64,000 nucleotides of DNA, taken from the sequence record OP617741.1; one strand, given 5' to 3'. The notes beneath the pieces are model-generated. The model worked only from the letters and a program-made list of their open reading frames with translations, was not told where the DNA came from and did no database searches. The position numbers were made by a program, and so were the translations under genes. The stretch's first letter is position 1, and each line of letters opens with the position of its first letter. This stretch comes from Klebsiella phage KP13-16. Shown here one piece after another: positions 10,082 through 19,714 of the stretch.

Positions 10082-10288
10082 TTATTTTTGCTTATCAAAA
10101 CAGTACATTGCGTTACTACCTGCATCATTATACACAATATAACAGAATTTTCCATTAATATCATCATTCATGATGTAAATCTTGTTAACAGCAGAGTAGC
10201 CGTTGTACACTCGTTCAACTGTAACGCTATCTTCAGCCATTGTCAAACTACAAAACAGGATCAGACAAAGAGCCATCATTATTTTCAT
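10082..10288 (-). CDS. small secreted protein
   Basis: 68 aa, N-terminal signal peptide. Confidence 0.3.
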   Translation of the reverse strand: MKIMMALCLILFCSLTMAEDSVTVERVYNGYSAVNKIYIMNDDINGKFCYIVYNDAGSNAMYCFDKQK

Positions 10289-10439
10289 TTAACACCTCAA
10301 TTATCGTTTGTTTACATTTACCACAACAAGTGGCGACTGGTATATATCTTTGCACATCCTCTAATGACTTGCAAGAAAAATCTTTTATAACTTTTTGTAG
10401 CATTTTGTCATTAATTTTATTACAAAGACATATAAACAT
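10248..10439 (-). CDS. bfd: BFD-like [2Fe-2S]-binding domain protein (bacterioferritin-associated ferredoxin-like)
   Basis: 63 aa; MFICLCNKINDKML...CKSLEDVQ...TCCGKC matches Bfd CxC...CxxC pattern. Confidence 0.6.
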   Translation of the reverse strand: MFICLCNKINDKMLQKVIKDFSCKSLEDVQRYIPVATCCGKCKQTIIEVLNENNDGSLSDPVL

Positions 10440-10458
10440 AAGACCGCCGTATATTTAA

Positions 10459-10725
10459 TTATGAAGAACCTAGAAATCCTTTCTTCCAAGGATCTGCTTC
10501 ACTGGAGTTTGGAGTATATTCACTTTCTTCTTCAACATAAAGTATACCCATAAACTCAAATGATCGGGTATCGCCTTTGTATGCTGGCTCTTTTTGAGTA
10601 ACAACCCAAGTTGTGACATTCTCACAAACTTTTTCCAACAGAAGGTGATAAGCCAATCGTGGAAGTTTAATAACACGTTTTTGATTTGTATAATGGATCA
10701 TATTTACCTCATTCATAAGTATCAA
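10459..10725 (-). CDS. hypothetical protein (88 aa)
   Basis: ORF track. Confidence 0.3.
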   Translation of the reverse strand: MILMNEVNMIHYTNQKRVIKLPRLAYHLLLEKVCENVTTWVVTQKEPAYKGDTRSFEFMGILYVEEESEYTPNSSEADPWKKGFLGSS

Positions 10726-11122
10726 AATTTTCTGTCTTTAAAGTTTTTTCTAAATTGTTTAACATCTCTTCAGAAATATTTTTACTTTCTTGCATTTTCA
10801 GAAAGACAATCATTGCTGCACGAAGAGAATTCTTATCATTAAAACTGATATCAGAATTATTAGTATCATAACATAACCAATAACTAGGCTCATCAGTAAT
10901 CATCGGGGCTGATACTGTGATGTTATTGTTGTAGATAATATCCCATGCATCTGCGGGATTATTACAAGGATTGAAAACAAGCAAAGATCCATCTTTCCAG
11001 TAGCATAGATTACTGTAATTTTCATCAAGATCCGCCCATTCAAGCTTAATGACGTCTCCAACTCTTTTATTAATCTCAAAATCACTCATTCTGCTGTAAT
11101 CAGTATTGCTCATAAGCTTCAT
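10709..11122 (-). CDS. hypothetical protein (137 aa)
   Basis: ORF track. Confidence 0.35.
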   Translation of the reverse strand: MKLMSNTDYSRMSDFEINKRVGDVIKLEWADLDENYSNLCYWKDGSLLVFNPCNNPADAWDIIYNNNITVSAPMITDEPSYWLCYDTNNSDISFNDKNSLRAAMIVFLKMQESKNISEEMLNNLEKTLKTENFDTYE

Positions 11123-11288
11123 CTTCTCTGTAAGTTAAGACTCTATCTTGTGAGATTAGAGCTTTTGTTTTAGCTTTTATTACCAATCTCTTACAACGAA
11201 AGAGTGTAGTGTGGTCTTCTGGCAACCACAAACTCATCGCAACATAAGCGCCATAGTAGTAAAAGAACTCTTGCCATACCTCTTTCAT
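11100..11288 (-). CDS. hypothetical protein (62 aa)
   Basis: ORF track. Confidence 0.25.
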   Translation of the reverse strand: MKEVWQEFFYYYGAYVAMSLWLPEDHTTLFRCKRLVIKAKTKALISQDRVLTYREDEAYEQY

Positions 11289-11297
11289 TATATCACC

Positions 11298-11681
11298 TTA
11301 ATTTATTGAATTTGATTGTGATTTTATTACTTCTGCATGTATGCACCAACCATTTTCATATCTCTGAAGCAAATATTTCTTATTCCAAGGGTTAAAAGAT
11401 AAAATCTCATTTTTGACTTTCTTAATAACCTTGTAAACTCCAAAAAGATTGGTGGTATCATGGAAATGGTTTAACATTTCATAGTGGCAAGATAACCATT
11501 CCACTTCACTCATCTTTTGCAACGGTTCATAAAATGAATGTGCACCATTATTTCCATTTACATGTTGGATAAGAAAATATGTATTCCCTCTCTTCAAATC
11601 TTCATAACCACCAAGAACAATGTTAAAATTGTAAATATTGTTCAGTACATGGATTTCTAAATCAGCTTTCCCACTTACCAT
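11298..11681 (-). CDS. hypothetical protein (127 aa)
   Basis: ORF track. Confidence 0.35.
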   Translation of the reverse strand: MVSGKADLEIHVLNNIYNFNIVLGGYEDLKRGNTYFLIQHVNGNNGAHSFYEPLQKMSEVEWLSCHYEMLNHFHDTTNLFGVYKVIKKVKNEILSFNPWNKKYLLQRYENGWCIHAEVIKSQSNSIN

Positions 11682-12141
11682 TAACTTTTCTCCATAAAAC
11701 TTGGTTATCAGATCCCCTAAAAGGTTTCTTTGTAGGAAGGTTTTTCACAAACTTCCCATCTATGATGACATCCACTGTATCCAGTATTTGAGCATAAAGC
11801 AAGTTATTTTTTATCTCTTGCATTGTTTGCCCACACCACAGCCAAATACTCTTTTCTGGCATCTCTTGTTTAACAGAATAGCAAAGCTTTAACACTGTGT
11901 CAAAATTTTTTCTTTCTAAAGGGTTTCCTCCCAAGATGCTTAACCCATTAATAAAAGGTTTTTTCAAATCTTTCAACAAGTTGTCTTGAAAATCTTTAGT
12001 AAAAGGTTGCCCATAGTTATAGTTCCATGTCTCTTTGTTGAAGCATCCTTCACAACCTTGTGAACACCCAGAAACAAAAAGGGAGCACCTGGCTCCCTCT
12101 CCATTAACCAAGTCACCAAAAATGTAACCTGAATAATTCAT
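11662..12141 (-). CDS. nrdG: anaerobic ribonucleotide reductase activating protein (radical SAM)
   Basis: 159 aa; CSQGCEGC (Cx3Cx2C) radical-SAM cluster motif near N-terminus, size and context next to nrdD. Confidence 0.85.
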   Translation of the reverse strand: MNYSGYIFGDLVNGEGARCSLFVSGCSQGCEGCFNKETWNYNYGQPFTKDFQDNLLKDLKKPFINGLSILGGNPLERKNFDTVLKLCYSVKQEMPEKSIWLWCGQTMQEIKNNLLYAQILDTVDVIIDGKFVKNLPTKKPFRGSDNQVLWRKVNGKWES

Positions 12142-12296
12142 TACTGCTCCCGATAGTCATCCAATGCATTTGCAATAGTTTCAATAGGATCATGTTCTTG
12201 ATTAATGATCTCATAAATGCTTTCTGCACTCGCATAGTAACCATCATCTCCAAAGTACCAAGCTAAGGCTGTCATAATTTCTTCATATGCACTCAT
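12141..12296 (-). CDS. small acidic hypothetical protein (51 aa)
   Basis: below ORF-track cutoff; strong RBS AGGAGG; stop overlaps nrdG start (TAATG). Confidence 0.3.
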   Translation of the reverse strand: MSAYEEIMTALAWYFGDDGYYASAESIYEIINQEHDPIETIANALDDYREQ

Positions 12297-12305
12297 AAAC
12301 ACCTC

Positions 12306-12596
12306 CTAATAACAGAACCTTGCACCACAAGTAGTACATACCGCACCACCTCTATGAGCACTACCCACGTTCAGATGAATGCAATCGGCAGCACCGTACC
12401 AAAGGTCATTATTCTTTTTATATGCTTCAATAATGGCAGAATAGCCATCTATATAGTTTTCTTTGCCATCAGTAAGATCTATATACTGAAAGTAGTTTTC
12501 ACCGATACCACGCATCCAGTTAATAGCTTCTAAGATAGTTTCAAACTCTCTATATCTCTCAAAAGTATCCATTAACTGGTAGTTAACAATCACCAT
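12306..12596 (-). CDS. hypothetical protein with C-terminal Cys cluster
   Basis: 96 aa; ends CTTCGARFCY. Confidence 0.35.
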   Translation of the reverse strand: MVIVNYQLMDTFERYREFETILEAINWMRGIGENYFQYIDLTDGKENYIDGYSAIIEAYKKNNDLWYGAADCIHLNVGSAHRGGAVCTTCGARFCY

Positions 12597-12600
12597 AAAA

Positions 12601-14721
12601 TTAAACCCTTATATGTTTTACACGTTGAACAACTTCCTGCATCTTCCCCTTGTTAAAAGGTCTACTGTTAGGTGCAGATAAGTAACCTGAGACTCTCCGA
12701 ATGACGTTGATCGTTCCTTCCTCAGTATTGCCACAATCAGGGCATTCAAAGCCTTCTGCTGTTGCTTTAAACTCTCCATGAAAGCCACACTTCAGACATT
12801 TATCAACAGGTTGATTAATCCCAAAGTAATGAATATTTTCATATCCATAGTCAATCAAAGCTTCCAAGCCTTTCATGTTATTTTTGAGATTTGGTGTCTC
12901 GACATAACCTATATTACCACCTGAACTGATAAAGTCAAACCCTGATTCAACATCCCATTTAGTAAAAGGATCAACTTGTTGGTCTACAGGAACATGGAAA
13001 GAGTTAGTCAAGTATTCTCTCTTGATAGTTCCAGGAAATTTCGCATTGATTTTACTGGCAAATTTATAACACAAAGACTCCGCTGGAGTTCCGTAGATAC
13101 CAAAACCAATACCTGTTTTCTTCTTATAAGCCTCTGCCATTTCTGACATAAGACTTAAAATCTTTTTCCCGTAAGCTTTATATTCCTCTAAACTACAATT
13201 TGGATAGAGAATTTGAATTGCTTCATATAACCCTACATAACCAAAACTTGCTGAAGCATAACCTTTGTAGAAAAGTTTGTCAATAGTTTCTTCAGGATCT
13301 AGTCTAGCTAATGCTCCTTCAACAAACATCACAGGATTTTGTTTTGCTTTAGTTCCCTTAAGGCGATTAATCCTCAACATATGTGCTTCATATGCTGTTT
13401 GCATATGCTTATAGAGTTCTTCCAGGAAAAGTTTACCACTACTGACAGAATCTTTAGCTATCATTGGTAAATTCAAAGAAACTACACCAAGATTAAATCT
13501 ACCATCATATTTCTCACCTTGTTCTGTAGCAAAATAAGAAAGGAAACTACGACATCCCATGCTAGTAACGTGACCTTTTGAAGATTTTGTAACCAGTTTA
13601 TTTCTAGGGACTGAAATAAAATCTGGGTAAATTCTTTCTGCACAACACTCCATTGCTAATTGTTTAAGGTCATAATTAGGATCACCAGGATTCATGTTGA
13701 CACCTTCTTCAAGGAAGAAAATTACTTTTGGGAACACAGGCGTTACTTTATCCTTACCTAAACCCTCTTTGTGGATTTTTAGATAGTTACGAGTAATCAT
13801 TCTACCAAATTCTGAGGTATCTAAACCAAGACTAATGGTGATAAATGGAGATTGTCCATTTACACTCATTAATGTGTTAACCTGGTAGATAAGAGTTTGC
13901 ATTGCATCGTAGACATCTTGCTCTGTAAGTTGCATTGCATTTATTTTGACTTCAGCACCAAATAAATTTCTAATAAGTTTTACATTTTTATTATAAGTCA
14001 GTTCTACATATTGCTTTAAACCTGTATCAATATGTGCGCAAGTTTGTCCACCATATTGGCTAGAGGCTACAGCCTGAATAATTTGTGTCAACACTGTAGT
14101 AGCAACACCAATTGATTTAGGTTTTTCAATGAAAGCATTTCCAATATGGAAACCATTTTCTAACATGTCTTGGTAATTAACGAGACAACAGTTGCTGAGA
14201 GGGCTGATTAGATAATCTAAGTCATGAATATGTCCAAAACCGCTTGTATGCCATTCTGAGAGGTCTTTAGGTAGTATTTGAGTCAATGCTACATGCTTAC
14301 TTAAAATCCCTGCTAAGAGGTCTCTATGAGTATTTACAACGTTACTGGGTTTGTTAGCATTCTCACGAGTAAATTCTTCTGCTGTTTGTTCTAAGAAGCC
14401 AGATATGTCATTATAAAGTTTCCCATTACCTTCACGGATTTTATCTCTGTCGTGCCTATACTCAATATAAGTTCTGGCTATGTCATATGTCTTTGGATTA
14501 GACATAAGGAAATCTTCAATCATTTTTTGAACATTTGAGACTGACTTATTCTCATTGAGATTTTTAACAATATATTCTGTAACCTCGTGAGCAACAAGTT
14601 CTGCTGTGATTGATAATGAAGAGTTAGCTAGTGCTGCTTGATATATTGCATTGTAAACTTTACGTTCATCAAATTGTTCTGTGCGCCCGTCGCGTTTTAT
14701 AATTTTATGTTGATACTGCAT
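12601..14721 (-). CDS. nrdD: anaerobic ribonucleoside-triphosphate reductase (glycyl radical enzyme)
   Basis: C-terminal glycyl radical motif RVSGYL, Zn-ribbon CPDCG...C; start trimmed to MQYQHKIIKRDG with RBS GGAGG (ORF-track start at 14748 reads through upstream hairpin). Confidence 0.9.
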   Translation of the reverse strand: MQYQHKIIKRDGRTEQFDERKVYNAIYQAALANSSLSITAELVAHEVTEYIVKNLNENKSVSNVQKMIEDFLMSNPKTYDIARTYIEYRHDRDKIREGNGKLYNDISGFLEQTAEEFTRENANKPSNVVNTHRDLLAGILSKHVALTQILPKDLSEWHTSGFGHIHDLDYLISPLSNCCLVNYQDMLENGFHIGNAFIEKPKSIGVATTVLTQIIQAVASSQYGGQTCAHIDTGLKQYVELTYNKNVKLIRNLFGAEVKINAMQLTEQDVYDAMQTLIYQVNTLMSVNGQSPFITISLGLDTSEFGRMITRNYLKIHKEGLGKDKVTPVFPKVIFFLEEGVNMNPGDPNYDLKQLAMECCAERIYPDFISVPRNKLVTKSSKGHVTSMGCRSFLSYFATEQGEKYDGRFNLGVVSLNLPMIAKDSVSSGKLFLEELYKHMQTAYEAHMLRINRLKGTKAKQNPVMFVEGALARLDPEETIDKLFYKGYASASFGYVGLYEAIQILYPNCSLEEYKAYGKKILSLMSEMAEAYKKKTGIGFGIYGTPAESLCYKFASKINAKFPGTIKREYLTNSFHVPVDQQVDPFTKWDVESGFDFISSGGNIGYVETPNLKNNMKGLEALIDYGYENIHYFGINQPVDKCLKCGFHGEFKATAEGFECPDCGNTEEGTINVIRRVSGYLSAPNSRPFNKGKMQEVVQRVKHIRV

Positions 14722-14737
14722 TATTCCTCCAAAATAA

Positions 14738-14760
14738 GAAGCCAGCATTAACTGGCTTAA
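14738..14760 (-). terminator. terminator/stem-loop between yqeY-like gene and nrdD
   Basis: AAGCCAG-ttaatgc-TGGCTT hairpin followed by U-rich tract on minus strand. Confidence 0.45.
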
Positions 14761-14805
14761 AAGTAGATCCTTATTTTAGCTTTTATTCTGGTTTCAAATC
14801 TTGAT

Positions 14806-15213
14806 TTAAATCAGATAAGTTTGAAGAATAGTCTTTGCTAATTGATTATCTACTGTTTTGCCAGCAGCTTTAGCAACCATGTTAATTTTACCCATGAAAC
14901 TCATAGTGATTTTATCACCATTCTGTACCGCAGTATCCAAGAAATCACGAATCTCTTCTTCACTCAACTGTGCAGGAAGATAACTTTCCATAAAAGCAAT
15001 TTCTTCTTCATACTGTTTCAGTTGTGCTTCATGACCTTCAAGACTTGCACGAGTAGATTTTACAGTAGACTTAATCAAGGCAATAGCATCTTCATCAGTT
15101 GAATTTTTATCTTGTGACAATTTTCCTAAAAGAAAGGTTAGAGTAGCAACCTTTTCTTTATCACCGGATTTACGAAAAGCAAGTTGGTCTTGTTTCATTT
15201 TCTCAATAATCAT
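14806..15213 (-). CDS. GatB/YqeY-domain protein
   Basis: helical ~135 aa; MKQDQLAFRKSGDKEKVATLTFLLGKL resembles YqeY N-terminus; start trimmed. Confidence 0.55.
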   Translation of the reverse strand: MIIEKMKQDQLAFRKSGDKEKVATLTFLLGKLSQDKNSTDEDAIALIKSTVKSTRASLEGHEAQLKQYEEEIAFMESYLPAQLSEEEIRDFLDTAVQNGDKITMSFMGKINMVAKAAGKTVDNQLAKTILQTYLI

Positions 15214-15845
15214 TAATATTCTCCTATTCCACAATAAAGAGTTTCTCTTGTATTATTTAAATCTTCAGAAACTCTATTAATTTCTTTTTGTAAGATATCC
15301 TTATACTGAGGATATTTTTCTATCAAAGTTAAACCTTGATTTATATACAACATTTGCCAAGCTCTATGTGCTTCAACAGGATCTGTGAAACCATGTATGG
15401 CAATATCATGAAACCTAGCCCTATATCGAGGTACTTTCTGATATTTATTTTTCTGTTCAGAAACTCCCAATGGTAAATTATTTTTAGAGTATCTTTTTAT
15501 AATATAATTATTTAAATCTTTACCTACAAAACCACAGGTGCTTGGAGAGTATATTTTACTAACCCCAGATAAGAGATCCTTGTCCAGTTCCTTTCCTTCC
15601 CAATCTTGGGTTTCCATCCAGGCACGAAAATTACCAAATGTCAACCATTCTTCACAAACACTACAACCTTTATAAGTAGGAAATCTTCTTTGGTAATTTT
15701 CACTATAACAACGCCTTAGCATATTCGTCCAACGATCATAATATGGATCTCGCCAAAATACAACTTCTTTACCATTCATACGTTTACTTTTTTGAGTTAT
15801 ATCTTCTAGATCATTGTATCCCTTACCAAAAAGTAATTTATTCAT
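15213..15845 (-). CDS. AP2-domain DNA-binding protein (homing-endonuclease-associated type), paralog of 20239-20901
   Basis: LPLGVS...KYQKVPRYRARF...GFTDPVEAHRAW = AP2 domain; N-terminal W..RW..M..RC..C..CEEW block shared with paralog. Confidence 0.5.
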   Translation of the reverse strand: MNKLLFGKGYNDLEDITQKSKRMNGKEVVFWRDPYYDRWTNMLRRCYSENYQRRFPTYKGCSVCEEWLTFGNFRAWMETQDWEGKELDKDLLSGVSKIYSPSTCGFVGKDLNNYIIKRYSKNNLPLGVSEQKNKYQKVPRYRARFHDIAIHGFTDPVEAHRAWQMLYINQGLTLIEKYPQYKDILQKEINRVSEDLNNTRETLYCGIGEY

Positions 15846-17134
15846 TACAATTCTATCTCAAGTAAGTAATCAAGTCTAACTTGACTCAGGTCAAAGACTA
15901 CAATCTCATCATTTCTCACCCCAGAGTATCCAGCCTTAGCCCAATAAGATTGGTATCCTTTTGGAGGGCGTTGACTTGTTGGTCCTGTTGGGGTATAAGC
16001 ATTTCCAACAGCCACTGAAACTAGAAACATGTAAACTTTTCCATTCCCCTGACCACCACCCGTATAATACATGTTATCACAATATTGGAGACTTTTTGAA
16101 GATTGATTTGCGAAATACAATCCTGTTGAGAACATGGCCCCTGCCTTAACACCAGGACTATCTTTAGGCATCATTAACCCTTTACAGAAAATAGATAACA
16201 AATTAGCTACACGTGTTCCGTGCCACAGTTCATGAACATTACCATACTCTGTGATAGCTTTATCAAATGGTGCTTGCTGATTTCCAAGATTAATTTTATA
16301 GATATTCTTAACTTTAGAACCCATGATGCGACCGCCGTGTTGGGCATTTTTACTTTCATTGTAGTAATTAACAATACGATCAATTGTAGCAGAATCTTCA
16401 ACATGAGAGATACCAAAATTAAAGATTTTTTCTACTTCAACTTCTTCTTTAGGTTTATCTTCCTGATTCTTTTTAAGTTCTTCAATAAGGTCTAATGTTT
16501 CCAGAAGTGCTTTACAGATTTCACGTTGTTCGTCAATGTTTTTGTGACTAAACAGCAAGTGACGTTTATCACGTGTAGTTGCAACTTTATTAGGAATAAG
16601 AACAAAATAAGAATCATTTAAAGTTAAGATCTCATCTTCACCTTTACCACTCTTTTCATATTCATCCAAAAGGGATTCAATATTACCAAGATGGATCATT
16701 GCTTCTTCCACAGCAGCTTTCTTTACAACTCCTAAAGGAGTCTTAAACAGACCATCTTTTTCATCATATTTAATGTTAGTAGAACTGGTGATATTATGGA
16801 TGTTTGCTTTAGCAATTGCTTGAATAAGATTACGACTTGTGTCGTCTTTACAATCAATTTGCTTAAGTGCAATGTCTACTACGTTAACTTTTTGAGTCAA
16901 CCCAGTTTCACCAGAGACAGCTTCTAGTTGTGCTTCTTTATAACCTTTCTTGATTTTAGATGCAACAAGACTGTCAAACTTCTTTTTACCACCAGAGTAG
17001 GAGGTAGTTTGAACCCCGCCACCTACCCGACCAAAACGAACTGCAATATTTCCAACGTCATCTAAGGTTGCTTCATAGAATTTATTGTTATTATTCTTTG
17101 AATCAAACATGATTAGCATTTTACTCTCAGACAT
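15845..17134 (-). CDS. poly(ADP-ribose) polymerase-like protein (WGR + PARP catalytic domain)
   Basis: N-terminal WGR (KFYEATL...RFGRVG); C-terminal PARP fold with H-Y-E triad context: LWHGTRVANLLSI..GL, GLYFANQSSKSLQYC, NDEIVVFDLSQVRLDYLLEI. Confidence 0.75.
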   Translation of the reverse strand: MSESKMLIMFDSKNNNNKFYEATLDDVGNIAVRFGRVGGGVQTTSYSGGKKKFDSLVASKIKKGYKEAQLEAVSGETGLTQKVNVVDIALKQIDCKDDTSRNLIQAIAKANIHNITSSTNIKYDEKDGLFKTPLGVVKKAAVEEAMIHLGNIESLLDEYEKSGKGEDEILTLNDSYFVLIPNKVATTRDKRHLLFSHKNIDEQREICKALLETLDLIEELKKNQEDKPKEEVEVEKIFNFGISHVEDSATIDRIVNYYNESKNAQHGGRIMGSKVKNIYKINLGNQQAPFDKAITEYGNVHELWHGTRVANLLSIFCKGLMMPKDSPGVKAGAMFSTGLYFANQSSKSLQYCDNMYYTGGGQGNGKVYMFLVSVAVGNAYTPTGPTSQRPPKGYQSYWAKAGYSGVRNDEIVVFDLSQVRLDYLLEIEL

Positions 17135-17149
17135 TTCACCCCCTGTTAA

Positions 17150-17175
17150 GTGAATAAAAGGGCTTTCGCCCTTAA
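17150..17175 (-). terminator. terminator hairpin upstream of PARP gene
   Basis: AAGGGC-tttc-GCCCTT hairpin; U-run on minus strand. Confidence 0.5.
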
Positions 17176-17609
17176 AGTTTTTCGAGAAGTTTCAACACAG
17201 CTTCTTTATCAAGAACAGTTGAACCGAGGAGTGCTTCAACCTCTTCAATTTGGAATACATCTCCAAGTTGGTGGGTATTGACTGGAGGACGGATCTTATC
17301 TTTGTGGTTCAGAAAAAGATCTTCTTCAAATCCATCTCGAACATATTTCCCTTTCAAATCTGTAATTTCAACAAGCTTAATCAACTTATGAAGTTTTTCA
17401 ACACGAAACTCAGGTGCTACTTTAGCTTCAACTTCTTCACGGAGGTCATCCAAAGAGCTTCGAACAGTATCAAGTTTCTCATAAACTTCTTCAAAGAAGC
17501 TAGAATCTAAAATATATTCCATATCTTTAAGAAACTCTTTGGGAGAGTTTTCAGCATACTCTTTAAGATCTTCAAACCAATCATTAATTTTATCAAACAG
17601 TGGATTCAT
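17172..17609 (-). CDS. hypothetical acidic helical protein (145 aa)
   Basis: ORF track. Confidence 0.35.
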   Translation of the reverse strand: MNPLFDKINDWFEDLKEYAENSPKEFLKDMEYILDSSFFEEVYEKLDTVRSSLDDLREEVEAKVAPEFRVEKLHKLIKLVEITDLKGKYVRDGFEEDLFLNHKDKIRPPVNTHQLGDVFQIEEVEALLGSTVLDKEAVLKLLEKL

Positions 17610-17636
17610 AAATTACTCCTCTAATTAGTACTACAA

Positions 17637-17996
17637 TTATACCTTTTCAAAATCAATATCATCGCAATCGTTGACATCTTCATAAACGTCACCAAAGTCT
17701 TTAATTGCATCTTTAATAATCTCCATATAGATTTGGTGGTCTCCCCAGTGACCTATGCTAAAGATAATCTTCTCCCCATCATAAATCTCTTTATAATCTA
17801 CAGAACATGAGTGTGTCATAAAGATGATCCTAGACTCTTTTGCAGTAACAAAACCTAACCAAAAATGGTTAAAATCTGAGGTAGAAATTTCTCCTTTAAT
17901 TCGAGTGAAATCTCGTAGAGCAGAATACACTGCCCCATAAACTTCTAAAGCTTTATCTTTTGAACAACAAACAAACACTTTATGATCAACACTCAC
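17637..17996 (-). CDS. hypothetical protein (119 aa)
   Basis: ORF track. Confidence 0.35.
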   Translation of the reverse strand: MSVDHKVFVCCSKDKALEVYGAVYSALRDFTRIKGEISTSDFNHFWLGFVTAKESRIIFMTHSCSVDYKEIYDGEKIIFSIGHWGDHQIYMEIIKDAIKDFGDVYEDVNDCDDIDFEKV

Positions 17997-18008
17997 AATA
18001 TGCCTCCC

Positions 18009-18656
18009 TTAAAAGGTCTGATTTAGCTCCGTTAGAGTCATAACAGAACCTTCTTGAGTCAGAATAAACTCATTGTCTCCAACAGAGTCAAGAGTATAAC
18101 TTCCTTTTGGTGTTTTTACAAGGAAAGAATCCACATTTACAGTAGTGAAACCAAAAGAATTTTCCTCAAAATATCCATTTTTAACCTCTGGAGTCAAACC
18201 AATGCAGATAGCATCACCTTTAACACATAAAGCTTTTACATTTTTAATGGTATATTTTTCACCTGTTGAATAGTAAACGGTAATGTCAGTTTTCTTACGA
18301 ACTGGGACTGGTTTACGCTTCTTGTGAAAACGTGGTTTTGCTACTTTAATTTCTTTATTCATTTCTTCTCCTAAAAGTGCATTAACAAATTCTTCTGGTT
18401 TAACATAATAGTATTCATTATTAGACATGGCATCTAAGTGCCATCCGGTGAGTGTAGTCCCGGCATTATGACTTACAAGACACCATATATCTTTTTCATC
18501 ATAACTATTGAAATTATTGAAAAATCTAATAAAATCTTTATAACTCCAGTCTTCTGAAACATCAAGAGAAAGAAATATTTTTCCTAAAATACTACGATAA
18601 TTATCTTCACCATAAAATTTAACAAATTCATTTTTTAAAACATAGCCTTTATACAT
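18009..18656 (-). CDS. hypothetical protein (215 aa)
   Basis: ORF track. Confidence 0.35.
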   Translation of the reverse strand: MYKGYVLKNEFVKFYGEDNYRSILGKIFLSLDVSEDWSYKDFIRFFNNFNSYDEKDIWCLVSHNAGTTLTGWHLDAMSNNEYYYVKPEEFVNALLGEEMNKEIKVAKPRFHKKRKPVPVRKKTDITVYYSTGEKYTIKNVKALCVKGDAICIGLTPEVKNGYFEENSFGFTTVNVDSFLVKTPKGSYTLDSVGDNEFILTQEGSVMTLTELNQTF

Positions 18657-18775
18657 ATTCTATTTACCTATACGATCAATTAAAGTTAAGTCCAATACCA
18701 CCGGAAGGAATAACAACCATCCAGGATAATCTTCTTGAAATAAGTGTCTTAAGACAATATAACTAATTACTGTAA

Positions 18776-19705
18776 TCACTTCTTATCTCCACTTTTACTT
18801 TTCATAATAGAGCTTAAAGATACAAGCGGGGTTTTGGGTACAGGTTTCTTTCTAGGGACATAATTTTTGACAAATGGATTAAGATTTTTAGCAATCTCTG
18901 GGATGGACATTCCTAAGAGTTTGCTTGCTTCTACCATTTTTGATCCCACCTCTTTTCCTACAATTACCATGTTATCTTTAGTATAACCTTGGGTTTGGTC
19001 TAACAGGATAAAGACTTTTTGAGACAGTTCAATTGTCTCTCCTGTTAATTTGCACTTAGTTCCTGAAAACTTAGCTTTAAACTCTGCAAAACTAACTGTA
19101 AACTCTTTCTTTTCCGCAGAGGCATGTTTAGCCATATCAGAATAGTAAGAGGCAATGCGTACATCTGGGGCAATCTGTTTATCTGACATCTTCAGGACTC
19201 CTTGATCATTACGGGATAGTTCAATTTTTTGTGTTAAGACACCATTCAAGTTATCATAAAAATTTGTATAGTCAATATCTTTAAAATAATTTTTATAAAC
19301 ATTAGATTCAAATTTAATTAAATGGTTGTATTTATAAGATAAAAACTTTTTATACCCTGGTGTAACTTTCTCTTGAACCACTCTCAAGATTGCTTCAGAT
19401 GTTTCATTGATCCTTACTACTTGTACTTCGGTTTTGTCAAGAGCATAATCTTTTATTCTATTTACTGCTGCTGAAGTTAAACAAACATTCCCTCGTTCAT
19501 AACCGAGTTTATCATCTAAACGTTCAATGGATATCTTATGTTTATCCTCATCAAAGGTAACACCAGTATAATCACACTTACCGTCATTCCGTAAGAAAAG
19601 TACTTTCATATCTTCAAGGGTTAATTTGAAATCAATACCACGCTTCCTGGCATCTTTTTTCTTAGATTCAAAACGTTTTTTGAGTTCTTGTTCGTCTAAC
19701 TTCAT
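18776..19705 (-). CDS. HNH-family putative homing endonuclease
   Basis: GKCDYTGV...SIERLDDKLGYERGNVCLTSAAVNRIK resembles phage HNH (CxxCG...SxDRID..GY..NV...N..K) variant; extended C-terminal DNA-binding-like tail. Confidence 0.45.
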   Translation of the reverse strand: MKLDEQELKKRFESKKKDARKRGIDFKLTLEDMKVLFLRNDGKCDYTGVTFDEDKHKISIERLDDKLGYERGNVCLTSAAVNRIKDYALDKTEVQVVRINETSEAILRVVQEKVTPGYKKFLSYKYNHLIKFESNVYKNYFKDIDYTNFYDNLNGVLTQKIELSRNDQGVLKMSDKQIAPDVRIASYYSDMAKHASAEKKEFTVSFAEFKAKFSGTKCKLTGETIELSQKVFILLDQTQGYTKDNMVIVGKEVGSKMVEASKLLGMSIPEIAKNLNPFVKNYVPRKKPVPKTPLVSLSSIMKSKSGDKK

Positions 19706-19714
19706 ATAGACCTC

